Shown: piece by piece, positions 49,880-58,751 of the stretch
Position numbering within the stretch: the first letter of the stretch is position 1
How the letters are laid out: every line of letters starts with the position of its first letter
Program-made: the position numbers and the translations under genes
Notes under the pieces: model-generated
Told to the model about the DNA's origin: nothing
Databases searched by the model: none
What the model saw: the letters and a program-made list of their open reading frames with translations, nothing else
Assembly (NCBI GenBank): GCA_965218295.1
Contig: CBDCKN010000009.1
Location: forward strand, 96,001-160,000
Direction: 5' to 3'
Source of the DNA: Longimicrobiales bacterium
GTDB taxonomy: Bacteria > Gemmatimonadota > Gemmatimonadetes > Longimicrobiales > Gaopeijiaceae
Length of the DNA: 64,000 bases

Positions 49880-50299
49880 GACTATCAGTCACAATCATAA
49901 CCTACTGCTATACAATGAGTTACGGTTCATGATAGCGTTTCGTGTACCACTTCTGATATGCAAAAATGAGCGGGATTTCGTCGGACCAAATGGGATGGCC
50001 GCGGACGAAGTTGCGGGCGAGGAAGAAAATGAGGCAAGTCGCAACCGGACGATCTCTTGCTATACGGGATCGCGCGACCCTCGAGGGGCTGAACAGCGCA
50101 CCTGATGGTTGACACAATGGTGCAACACCATCACAGCAGGCTATCGACACAATCATCGAGGGGGCGATCGCACACATGGCACGCGATGAGAATCCGTAGC
50201 GGCACGACACAAGAGCTCTTGGGGTGCCGCGCGTGCTCCGCCGAGTGGATCCGCATCATCTTTTTTCCCTCGCGACGGCACAAGGTGTAGGTTGTATTT

Positions 50300-50923
50300 G
50301 TGAGGGAGTGCCTCTTGCCTATTGAGCATGGAGATCAACAGAGGATCCAGCGGATGATGGACTGGTGCGACGGTGTGACTGCCAGCTGGCCCGATTGGCT
50401 CCGCTTCGTGGTTCGCCATCCCTACCATGCAAGGGACAGGGGAGGTGCGGGGAGCGAACAGGCGGCGGATGAGTGGTGGTCCCAGGTAAGGGTCGCGGCA
50501 TCTCCGCCTGTGGACTACGATGTCTCGCGACACCGCTTCCTGATCGCCGTGCTCGAAGAAGTGAAGCATCTATCACCGGCTGTAGTGCCCGTTGTCGCGT
50601 TGCACCGAACAGAGCTCGCAGGAGAGGCTCCTACTCAGGAGGAATGGGACGACGCAAGAGCCGGCGGGTGGTACGCCCAGGACACCGGGTGGTCTGTCGC
50701 TAGCATTGTCGAGAAGGCTGTCGGAATTGCCGCGAGTGCGGCCAATAGGCAAACCGCGCGAGCAGCCGCGAGAGCCCAGAGGAACGCCGGTGACACTAGC
50801 ACTAGCATCGCTTGCCGTGCCGCGAGGATTGACGCCGTAAGGCAAATGAGGGCCGCCCAGCGCAAACATCTTCTTGACGCACTCTGGAGCAGTAGGCGGC
50901 AACCAGGGAATCCTTCCTACTGA
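50300..50923 (+). CDS. Hypothetical protein
   Basis: 207-aa ORF with protein-like composition; no motif recognised. Confidence 0.4.
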   Translation: MRECLLPIEHGDQQRIQRMMDWCDGVTASWPDWLRFVVRHPYHARDRGGAGSEQAADEWWSQVRVAASPPVDYDVSRHRFLIAVLEEVKHLSPAVVPVVALHRTELAGEAPTQEEWDDARAGGWYAQDTGWSVASIVEKAVGIAASAANRQTARAAARAQRNAGDTSTSIACRAARIDAVRQMRAAQRKHLLDALWSSRRQPGNPSY

Positions 50924-51187
50924 GGAACTGGTGCCCCGACAGGACCTAATGCCCCTTCGCAGCAAACCCCGCCTGCGCGATTAGCCCCGGATCGGCATCC
51001 ATCTCGCCATCGACACCGCCGACCTGTGCGCGAGGTCCACCGTCCGGCACGTCTGACACGCTGGCCGGGATCATGCTCACGGACCCTCTCCAGTACCGGA
51101 AACTGGCAACTAGACCCTCTGGCCTGTCACCCAAGCGGGAGGTATGGTGGACTCCCCCGCCACCCATACAAGGACTGGAGGCGTGAG

Positions 51188-51814
51188 ATGGCACAGGACA
51201 TCACGTTCCTGCGCGAGTCGCCGTTCTGGTATTTCCTCGCTCGCCGAGATCTTGAGTGCTCAGCACAGTCCCTTACCCGCGTGATCGAATCCCTTCAACA
51301 TCGAGCAGTTGAGCTTTCGCTTCCGATCCACTACCCGAGGGAGCAGGCCTCGGCGTGGGCTGTCCTTCTCCAACTCCTTGAGGTGGCTCAGCCCTACCAA
51401 GGAATTGCTGGTCGGTTCGGCTACGAAATGATGCATGCCGGATTTGATCGCGTCTTCGGACCCAAAGGTTTCTCGAAGCAAGTCTTGAGTAGACTACTTG
51501 GCAATCTCCGCTCGCCGGCTTTTCCGGGCCGAACCCGCGATCAAACCATCGTCGATACCTTCCTGGCGAACGGCATGAAGCTCACCGAGGACCCAGTCAC
51601 GGAAGCACTCCGTCGAGCAGAAGCTCTTGGCCTTTGGGATGTTGGGAGCATCATGGAGTCGTGCCTCACCGATAGCGTCATGCTCAGCCTGGGTGCAGAA
51701 GCAGTCCAGCCTCCCGAAGAGCTCAAGCGCGTTCTCGCGTCCCCGAAGATGGACGATCATCGTTCCTCCGGCTCCCGGGCCCTAGCTCTGGGTGCAAGCG
51801 AGGGGATGTCTTGA
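51188..51814 (+). CDS. Hypothetical protein
   Basis: GGAGG RBS before ATG (MAQDITFLRESPFW...); no motif recognised. Confidence 0.5.
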   Translation: MAQDITFLRESPFWYFLARRDLECSAQSLTRVIESLQHRAVELSLPIHYPREQASAWAVLLQLLEVAQPYQGIAGRFGYEMMHAGFDRVFGPKGFSKQVLSRLLGNLRSPAFPGRTRDQTIVDTFLANGMKLTEDPVTEALRRAEALGLWDVGSIMESCLTDSVMLSLGAEAVQPPEELKRVLASPKMDDHRSSGSRALALGASEGMS

Positions 51815-52016
51815 GGGTTCCAGCTACGTGCCAGCAGCAAAATCGGCCCCGCCAGCGCGTGCTTCAGCTGCCCCCGGAGAGCCCGATGAGGGACTCAACC
51901 GCGACTGGTCGAAATGCTATCAATCCTGGCCGATTCATGCGCCGAGGCACGCCCCGGATCCCCAGTCGAGTGCGACTGCGAATCTCTGACCGCCACTGAT
52001 TCGCTGAAGGAGCGAT

Positions 52017-54920
52017 ATGCGTTTCGTAAGATCGGATCCAGATTGGTTATTGCGGGGATTCCGTATTGTCCTTGTCGTGGTCGTCACACTGGCGTCCTCC
52101 TGCGGTGGCGGTGATGTGACAGGACCCACGCCGTCGGTACCGACGCCATCAGTACCGACGTCTCTCACGATCAGTCCGCAGGCGGTGACCCTGTCATGGA
52201 TCGGAGAGCCGGCCCAGCTTTCCGTCGAGGTACGGGACCAGAACAGCAACGTGATGGCGGGTCAAGCCGTGGCCTGGTCCTCGACGAACCCGGCTGTTGC
52301 AACCGTGGCAGCGGGCGGCCTGGTTATCGCGACGGGTGCGGGGCAGGCGGCGGTCTCGGCTTCATCAGGGAGCGCGAGTCAGGCCGTGCCCGTCAGCGTC
52401 ACCCTAGTCCCACATTCAATGATTAAGGTCGCTGGCGATGCCCAGCGCGGCACCCTGGGCTCTCCACTGCTGGACAGCTTAGTCGCAGAGGTACGGGACC
52501 AGGGTGGCACACCCATCGAGGGAGCGGCGGTTTCGTGGAGCGTCTCGAGTGGCGGTGGCGCCATCACATCGTCGCAGGACCGGACGGACGTCGCAGGTCG
52601 TACCTTCGCTCGGTGGACTCTCGGGGATACCGAGGAGAACCAGGAGGTCACGGCGCGATCGGGGCCACTCGACATCGTATTCACGGCCGAAGCGACGCCG
52701 GCGCTTCAGGCTTCGATGGATCCGTCCTCGGCGAGTATACCGGTGAGGGAGTCTACCGAGTTTTCGGTCGCAGTTGCAGGCGGCGATCCCGGTGCACAGG
52801 CGAGTTGGACGTGCGTTTCCTCCAACGGCGGTGTGGCTTCCACCGAGGTAACGCCGAGCGGGTGTCAAGCCACCGGTCTCGCCACCGGGAACACCACGAT
52901 CTCCGCTGCAGTGACCAGGGGGGCCGATCGCGTGAGCGCAGAGGCGACACTCGAGGTGACACAGCCACTCGGTCCGGTCGTTGTCACGCGCATCGAGCCA
53001 TCGGTACTCATCGAGGGAGAAGAGGCAACCATTCATGGGACAGGGTTCTCGCCGTCGGCATCAGTGAACCAGGTGACGGTCGACGGACTCCCGGCAGTCG
53101 TCACATCGGCAACGGCCACGCGCATCGCCTTTACCGTCCCGAGAGCCGATTGCCTTCCTCCGAGAGAGGCCGTGCTCGTGGTTTCGAATTCGGTGGGGAG
53201 CGACTCGCGGAGTGTCGGCGTCACACCCCTCGCGGAGGATCAGTTGGAGATTGGTGTGGGAAATTACCGCTTCACACATGCGGGCGATGGATGTCTTCAT
53301 CTTCCGGGCAGTGTCAATGGCGGGGAGTACCTGCTCGGCGTGACCTCCACGTCGGAAGTGCCGTCTTCGCTCACTCCCGTCTCGCTTTCCGGAACTCCCG
53401 GAGACCGGAACGTCGCCGCCACATCACCCACGAGGGTCCCGTTGGCTGGGATCGTGACGAGCGGGAACGTAGGATTCGTGCAGGCGGTCCAGTCGAGCGG
53501 CGGGACACTGCTCCAAAGGGCAAACCCGGAGCGTGACGGGGCGAGTGACGTGCAGGAGATCGTCGCGAACCGGAGAGAGGCCGAAGCACGGTTCCGAGCG
53601 CGGGAGCACGCGCTGCTGTCCGCGCTCGGCCGGCCCCGTGCGATCTCCTCTCCGGCTATGTCTCCGGCCAGAATGGCCGTGGGGGAGACCATTACCCTCT
53701 GGGGGGGAGATCCAACCGTCGATGGTTGTGAGGCGCGCGACCAGGTTCAGGCGGTCGTGCGCTTCATTGGGACCCGCACGGTATGGCTGGAAGATATGGC
53801 AAACCCGAGCGGCACCTTTGCCGATCGCGAACTCGCGATCCTCGACACCTTCTACGCCTCAGTGGTTGAAGCCGTCCTTGAACGTTACTTCGGCGAACTG
53901 TCGGACGTCGACGGCAGCGGCACGCTTCTCGTCCTTCTTACAAAGGAAGTCAACAAGGTCGACGGCATCGCTGGCTACGTCTGGGGTGGGGATCTGTTCC
54001 CGGAAGATGATTGCGCGACGAGCAACCAAGCCGAGATCTTCTACGGCTACGTGCCGGACCCGGACGGTGTCTTCGGGGAGGCCCAGAGCAAGGAGGCCTT
54101 GCTCAGGTACTATCCCAGCCTTCTCACGCATGAGATCACCCACCTCATTCAGGGCGCGGCCTACGTGTTTGGACCCGCAGGAGACAAGACGAGTTGGGAG
54201 ATTGAAGGAGGGGCAGCTCTCGCGGAGCAGCTCGTAGCGTACGATCTGTTCGGGCACAGCTCGGGACAGGACCTCGGCTACGTGCAGTACAACCAGTCGG
54301 ACGAGAGTCGGCGCTGGTACTGGAACGCGTGGCTGGCGGAGATGTTTGAGTTCTTCGGCTGGGACAGCTCCGGGGATCGGAAGGGCCGAGTACGCGATGC
54401 ACCGGAGGAGTGCACATGGATCGGCAGGGAAGAGGAAGGTAATACCGGGCCGTGCAAGGGGTCGCATGTCTACGGCGTGCCCTCCATGATGCTTCGTTTC
54501 GCCATGGATCGCTGGGGAGACGACTTCCCCGGCGGCGAAGCGGCGCTGATGCGACGCCTTACGAACTCGCCCTCCTCCGGCTTCTCGTCGCTCGAGGAGG
54601 TGAGCGGCTGGAGGATCGAGCAGATTCTCGCCGAGTTCTACATGGCCCTCTGGGGGGACGGGCGTACCTTGGACTTCTACGGAATGTCTTCGTGGGACCT
54701 GCACGACATCTTCAGTCGCTACCGGGACTATCAGCAGCTCCAGGTACGAGCCACGTCGTCCTCTAGCCCCAGAGCATCCGCCAGCGTCCGGGGAGGATCG
54801 AACCTGTACGTGCACTGGACGCCGAACGGCAGCCTGGCCCCGACCAGCATGAAGGTGACCACGCCATCGGGGCGGGCTGTGCCCGGGAACGTTTCCGTGT
54901 GGGCCTGGCGGATCCGGTGA
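52017..54920 (+). CDS. Lipoprotein with Ig-like (Big) and IPT/TIG domains plus a zincin metallopeptidase domain
   Basis: Lipobox LASSC; WSSTNPAVATV Big_2 motif; I.GTGFS IPT motif; THEITH...EGGA.LAE. Confidence 0.8.
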   Translation: MRFVRSDPDWLLRGFRIVLVVVVTLASSCGGGDVTGPTPSVPTPSVPTSLTISPQAVTLSWIGEPAQLSVEVRDQNSNVMAGQAVAWSSTNPAVATVAAGGLVIATGAGQAAVSASSGSASQAVPVSVTLVPHSMIKVAGDAQRGTLGSPLLDSLVAEVRDQGGTPIEGAAVSWSVSSGGGAITSSQDRTDVAGRTFARWTLGDTEENQEVTARSGPLDIVFTAEATPALQASMDPSSASIPVRESTEFSVAVAGGDPGAQASWTCVSSNGGVASTEVTPSGCQATGLATGNTTISAAVTRGADRVSAEATLEVTQPLGPVVVTRIEPSVLIEGEEATIHGTGFSPSASVNQVTVDGLPAVVTSATATRIAFTVPRADCLPPREAVLVVSNSVGSDSRSVGVTPLAEDQLEIGVGNYRFTHAGDGCLHLPGSVNGGEYLLGVTSTSEVPSSLTPVSLSGTPGDRNVAATSPTRVPLAGIVTSGNVGFVQAVQSSGGTLLQRANPERDGASDVQEIVANRREAEARFRAREHALLSALGRPRAISSPAMSPARMAVGETITLWGGDPTVDGCEARDQVQAVVRFIGTRTVWLEDMANPSGTFADRELAILDTFYASVVEAVLERYFGELSDVDGSGTLLVLLTKEVNKVDGIAGYVWGGDLFPEDDCATSNQAEIFYGYVPDPDGVFGEAQSKEALLRYYPSLLTHEITHLIQGAAYVFGPAGDKTSWEIEGGAALAEQLVAYDLFGHSSGQDLGYVQYNQSDESRRWYWNAWLAEMFEFFGWDSSGDRKGRVRDAPEECTWIGREEEGNTGPCKGSHVYGVPSMMLRFAMDRWGDDFPGGEAALMRRLTNSPSSGFSSLEEVSGWRIEQILAEFYMALWGDGRTLDFYGMSSWDLHDIFSRYRDYQQLQVRATSSSSPRASASVRGGSNLYVHWTPNGSLAPTSMKVTTPSGRAVPGNVSVWAWRIR

Positions 54921-55408
54921 ATATGGTCGCCGTGGCGCTGATCGTTTCGGGATGCGCCCTCGCGCTCCCCGACCGGCCCGCCGTCGGCCAGTCAGCCAGC
55001 CGTTGTGCGACCGGTATCGTCGGCGCCACGGGTCCGGACCCCTTCGCCGAGACCGTGCTTCGCCGCACGGGGGAAGGAGCCCTTGTGCTCGGGGGGGCTG
55101 AGGCCGAGCGTCTCCGGCTTCTCGTAGGCGCCGTGGTGACGGCATGCGGCACGTCGGAAGCCGACGGCGCCTTGTCCGTGGACACGTGGGAGCTTCGTCA
55201 GATCGACGGAATGCAGGCGTACTTCGGGCGAGTCGAGGCAGTGGGCGAGACGGTCCTCCTCGGTCCTGGGGGGGAGCGTCCCCCGATCCCGCTCGATGAC
55301 GTTCCGATCGACCTGCGGCGCTCGGGCGGGCGAGAGGCGTGGGTAGCGGGGCTCTGGATGGCCGGGACTTTCTCGGTCCGTTCGTTCGGAGTCTTCCCCG
55401 CGCCGTGA
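54917..55408 (+). CDS. Small putative lipoprotein coupled to the peptidase
   Basis: GTGA overlap; hydrophobic leader with IVSGC. Confidence 0.5.
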   Translation: MNMVAVALIVSGCALALPDRPAVGQSASRCATGIVGATGPDPFAETVLRRTGEGALVLGGAEAERLRLLVGAVVTACGTSEADGALSVDTWELRQIDGMQAYFGRVEAVGETVLLGPGGERPPIPLDDVPIDLRRSGGREAWVAGLWMAGTFSVRSFGVFPAP

Positions 55409-55572
55409 CGACAGGCCGGGTGATCCCCGCCCACGCAGACCGATCTGACGCGAATGGCTGCGCTGGGGATGGGTGGAGCCCTGGCGGTCGCTCCCCCCGT
55501 GGCTCGGGTGGGGGGCAGTGGGGCCGACCGGGGGTCAGGAAGTCGCCCAGAACCCCGAGAGAGAGTCGCCGT

Positions 55573-55660
55573 GCGGTTTCGGATCTGACGGATCCGTGCC
55601 CTGGTTACGCCGAGGAGTGAGCCGATTTCCTCGAGTATCCTTTCTGACCCGTAGTAGAGG
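55573..55660 (-). pseudogene. Sigma-70 region 4 remnant
   Basis: LYYG..RILEEIGSLLGVTRARIRQIRNR matches the RpoD/RpoS region 4.2 consensus; no rest of gene. Confidence 0.65.
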
Positions 55661-55772
55661 CAACGCTTGTCCCGCAGCCTGAATTGCAATGAAAAAGGCT
55701 CGGCCAATCGCAGGAAAGCCACGACGACGCTGGCCCGGCTGGGTTCACTCGTAGCCCTGAAGGATCACAAAA

Positions 55773-56096
55773 TTGAGTGGGACACTCGAACACATTCTGG
55801 GGCTGGACAAACGCCTCAACGTACAAATTTAGGTTCACGGCTACGAAGAACTCGCCGCGGACAATATTCGGGTACGTGATGTCGTGAAGGGTCTGGCTAA
55901 GGCCGTACTTATTGAAGATTACCCTGATTATCCTAAGGGGCCGTGCTGCCTCGTGCTACAGCGCGATGGAGCAGGGCAGCCCATTCATGTAGTCTGGGGT
56001 ATCCCTGCTGGGCACGACTCACCGGCGGTCGTGGTGACGGCCTATCGACCGGACCACACGAGATGGGATGAGACATGGCGAAGGAGACAGACATGA
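55773..56096 (+). pseudogene. DUF4258-like (putative toxin) gene with a premature TAG at 55830
   Basis: TTG start; ...[13 protein letters not shown]...[15 protein letters not shown]...PIHVVWGIP...VVTAYRPD..W. Confidence 0.7.
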
Positions 56097-56281
56097 CCGT
56101 GAAATCGACCAGGCGACTCATCCGTGAAGGCGACTTTGTCGCCGAAGTGGACGTACATCTCATTGAGGAGGAGGGCGACTGGTCACCGTACCTCTCTCTG
56201 GAGGACGCACATAAGCTCGATGCGGTCAAGGTCTGGATCAATCCACCAGCTGCGGCCCCGACACCGCAGCCTGTTCACTAA
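56093..56281 (+). pseudogene. Small acidic partner of the DUF4258-like gene, apparently truncated
   Basis: ATGA overlap; LIREG.FVAEVDV.L...WSPYLSLEDA.KLD.V, then an unrelated tail. Confidence 0.55.
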
Positions 56282-56330
56282 TTGATTCCCCCGAGTGTCT
56301 CACAACCGTTGACAGGTTCCGGCAACGGGG

Positions 56331-58388
56331 TGCGGGGACGGTGACAGCGCTACCGCGCCTCCAACGCCAGAGCCCGCCCATCCGACGACGGTCACGGTGA
56401 GCCCGGCCACGCACGGGCTGACCGCGTTGGGCGCGACCGTTCAACTGAGCGCCGAGGTGGGGGACCAAAACGCCAGGGTCATGGCTGGGGCCACCGTGAC
56501 CTGGACGAGTAGCGCCAGTTCGATGGCGACGGTGGATGCGTCGGGCCTCGTTACAGCGGCGGGGGCAATAGGGACGGCGACGATCACGGCGTCCGCCGGG
56601 CCGGCATCAGGCTCCGCGGTGGTGACGGTGACGCAGTCGGTGGCCTCGGTGGAGGTGTCGCCGTCCGTGGACGAGCTGACCGCGTTGGGTCAGACCGTTC
56701 AGCTGACGGCGGAGGCGTTCGACGAGAACGGGCATGCGGTGGCGGGCGCCGAATTCGCGTGGGAGACCAGTGACGCCACAGTGGCGACGGTGGACGCGTC
56801 GGGTCTGGTGACAGGTGTCGCCGTGGGAGCGGCCACGATCACGGTGAGCGCGGGCGAGGCGTCAGGTTCCGCGGCGGTGACGGTCTCAGTCACTCCGCCC
56901 CGTGTTCAAAACGTGAACTTCGTGCGGTCGCCGAAGGCCGGGCCCGCTCGAGGCTATGGCCCAGGAGAGCGGATTGAGGTTGCGGTCAGTTGGGACAGTG
57001 CCCTCGAGGTCACCGGGGAGCCTCCGACCCTTACCCTGGAGATCGGGGAGGACCGGCGGGCAGCCCACATGTACAACTGGAACAGTCGCGCCAGTGCCAC
57101 TTATGCACGGTTTCGCTACGAGGTCCGGGCCGGTGACGAGGACACGGACGGGCTGAGCATTCGGGCCGATGCCCTAGTGTTGCCGGACGGCTCCTCGATT
57201 GTCTCCCCGGACGGCGTAGAGGCCGATCTCGATCTCGGAGAACACGTCATCGTAGACGATGCCCTGCACAAGGTGAGTGCAAGAGAAGTCCCGATTCGCC
57301 AGATCTACTGGATTACCAGTCCATACAGCTACGAGACCGGCTACCTCGACGAAGAGCGGATTGAGATACAGATCCGGTGGAGAGCCCCGATCCGCGTTCA
57401 TGGGATCCCCTATCTCGAGCTCCAGATCGGAGACCATACCCGGCCCGCCGTAATGGTGTCGTACACCGAGACCGATACCCGTTTCCGCTACATCGTCGGA
57501 CGGGACGATCACGACGCCGACGGAGTGGGCTTCACCGCCGAAGCGATCCAGCTCGTGAACGGGGCTTCTATCGTGTCCGCGGAGACCGGCGAGCCCGTCC
57601 AAATCGTCTTGGATGAGGAAGATGTGGTGGAGAACCACGACTCCCACAAGGTCCGGCCTCACGATCCCTTCCCGGAACCGAGAATGTGTACCGTGGAGCT
57701 CCGGGAGGCCCTGAAATACGTGGGGGCTACCGGCTCGGTGGTGGCCGAATGGGACGGGACCCCGCTCCGTGTGGACATCGCGGACAACTTCCCGGACCAC
57801 GTGACGGACGCGGACCTTAGCGAGCTTCTGGCGCCCATCGGGATAGCGGCGGAGAAGATCGAGGCGAAGCTAGGCTATCCGGTCCTGGAAATGGGAGGCA
57901 TAGTGCCCGTCCCCCGAGGGACCCCGCCGGGTTGGGATCAAGACTACGACCGCTTCTCCGCTTCGGCGCGGGGCAGCTTCGACCGTGCGGCGTCCGCCCC
58001 GCTCCTCCGGCGCGAGAAGCACCAGCTTCTAGCCTTCTACCTGAACGACGATGCGTGGTTTTGGGACCACGTGGGCGGGCCTCCGCACGTGGCCTTCGTC
58101 TACGCCGGGGTCACCGCCTACAACAAGCGGACGTCGGGGGACTGGTGGTACAACCAGGACGATTGCTGCATCGGCCGGTGGGCCAGCAACGGCCGCGACG
58201 GTGGCGCGATCGTTCACGAGGTCTTCCACCTGTTGGGCTTCAAACATCCGGACGAGCCCATACAGGCGGGCGTCCTGATGGCCTGGGGGAGCACCATAGC
58301 CCCGTGGCTCACGGCCTCGCCGGTCCACTACGTGGCCGACAAGGACATTGAGGTCTTGGGGTGCCTCTTTCCCGAGGGCGGCCGCTAA
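56331..58388 (+). CDS. Ig-like (Big_2 x2) domain metzincin-type metallopeptidase; signal peptide lost
   Basis: In-frame C-GDGDS mature N-terminus at 56331 with an upstream stop at 56310; two VATVDASGLVT-type repeats; HEVFHLLGFKH and a downstream Met. Confidence 0.72.
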   Translation, partial: CGDGDSATAPPTPEPAHPTTVTVSPATHGLTALGATVQLSAEVGDQNARVMAGATVTWTSSASSMATVDASGLVTAAGAIGTATITASAGPASGSAVVTVTQSVASVEVSPSVDELTALGQTVQLTAEAFDENGHAVAGAEFAWETSDATVATVDASGLVTGVAVGAATITVSAGEASGSAAVTVSVTPPRVQNVNFVRSPKAGPARGYGPGERIEVAVSWDSALEVTGEPPTLTLEIGEDRRAAHMYNWNSRASATYARFRYEVRAGDEDTDGLSIRADALVLPDGSSIVSPDGVEADLDLGEHVIVDDALHKVSAREVPIRQIYWITSPYSYETGYLDEERIEIQIRWRAPIRVHGIPYLELQIGDHTRPAVMVSYTETDTRFRYIVGRDDHDADGVGFTAEAIQLVNGASIVSAETGEPVQIVLDEEDVVENHDSHKVRPHDPFPEPRMCTVELREALKYVGATGSVVAEWDGTPLRVDIADNFPDHVTDADLSELLAPIGIAAEKIEAKLGYPVLEMGGIVPVPRGTPPGWDQDYDRFSASARGSFDRAASAPLLRREKHQLLAFYLNDDAWFWDHVGGPPHVAFVYAGVTAYNKRTSGDWWYNQDDCCIGRWASNGRDGGAIVHEVFHLLGFKHPDEPIQAGVLMAWGSTIAPWLTASPVHYVADKDIEVLGCLFPEGGR

Positions 58389-58561
58389 GCTTGCGGCGGC
58401 CCTCGCTCCTCAAGCGGGTGTCGACAATCTCGACGTGCTCTTCAGTCGCGGGATTCCCGATGCCGCATCGAGGTCCCGGAGAAGACTTGCTGTTCGTGGG
58501 GATGCAGATCGGTTACCGTGCGCGTAAGGCAAGACTCCGGTCGGGAGGTGGTGCCGCCACG

Positions 58562-58738
58562 CTATCTTTCGAGCGCCAATAGCCTCATCACCCTGACAAC
58601 CGGCGCATCCATCTCATCTGACTCGAGGTACGCCATGAGTCCACTGGGCCCAAACGCACTCGGCATGCGGAGTTCTTCGGGTGAGAGGGTGCCGATATAC
58701 CCACCATCGGCAGTCAGCACGTTCGTGGGACCCCTCAC
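58562..58738 (-). pseudogene. C-terminal remnant resembling beta-propeller-type exported proteins
   Basis: Manual translation GPTNVLTADGGYIGTL...MPSAFGPSGLMAYLESDEMDAPVVRVMRL*; no start codon. Confidence 0.45.
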
Positions 58739-58751
58739 CCCATAAGCCGGG

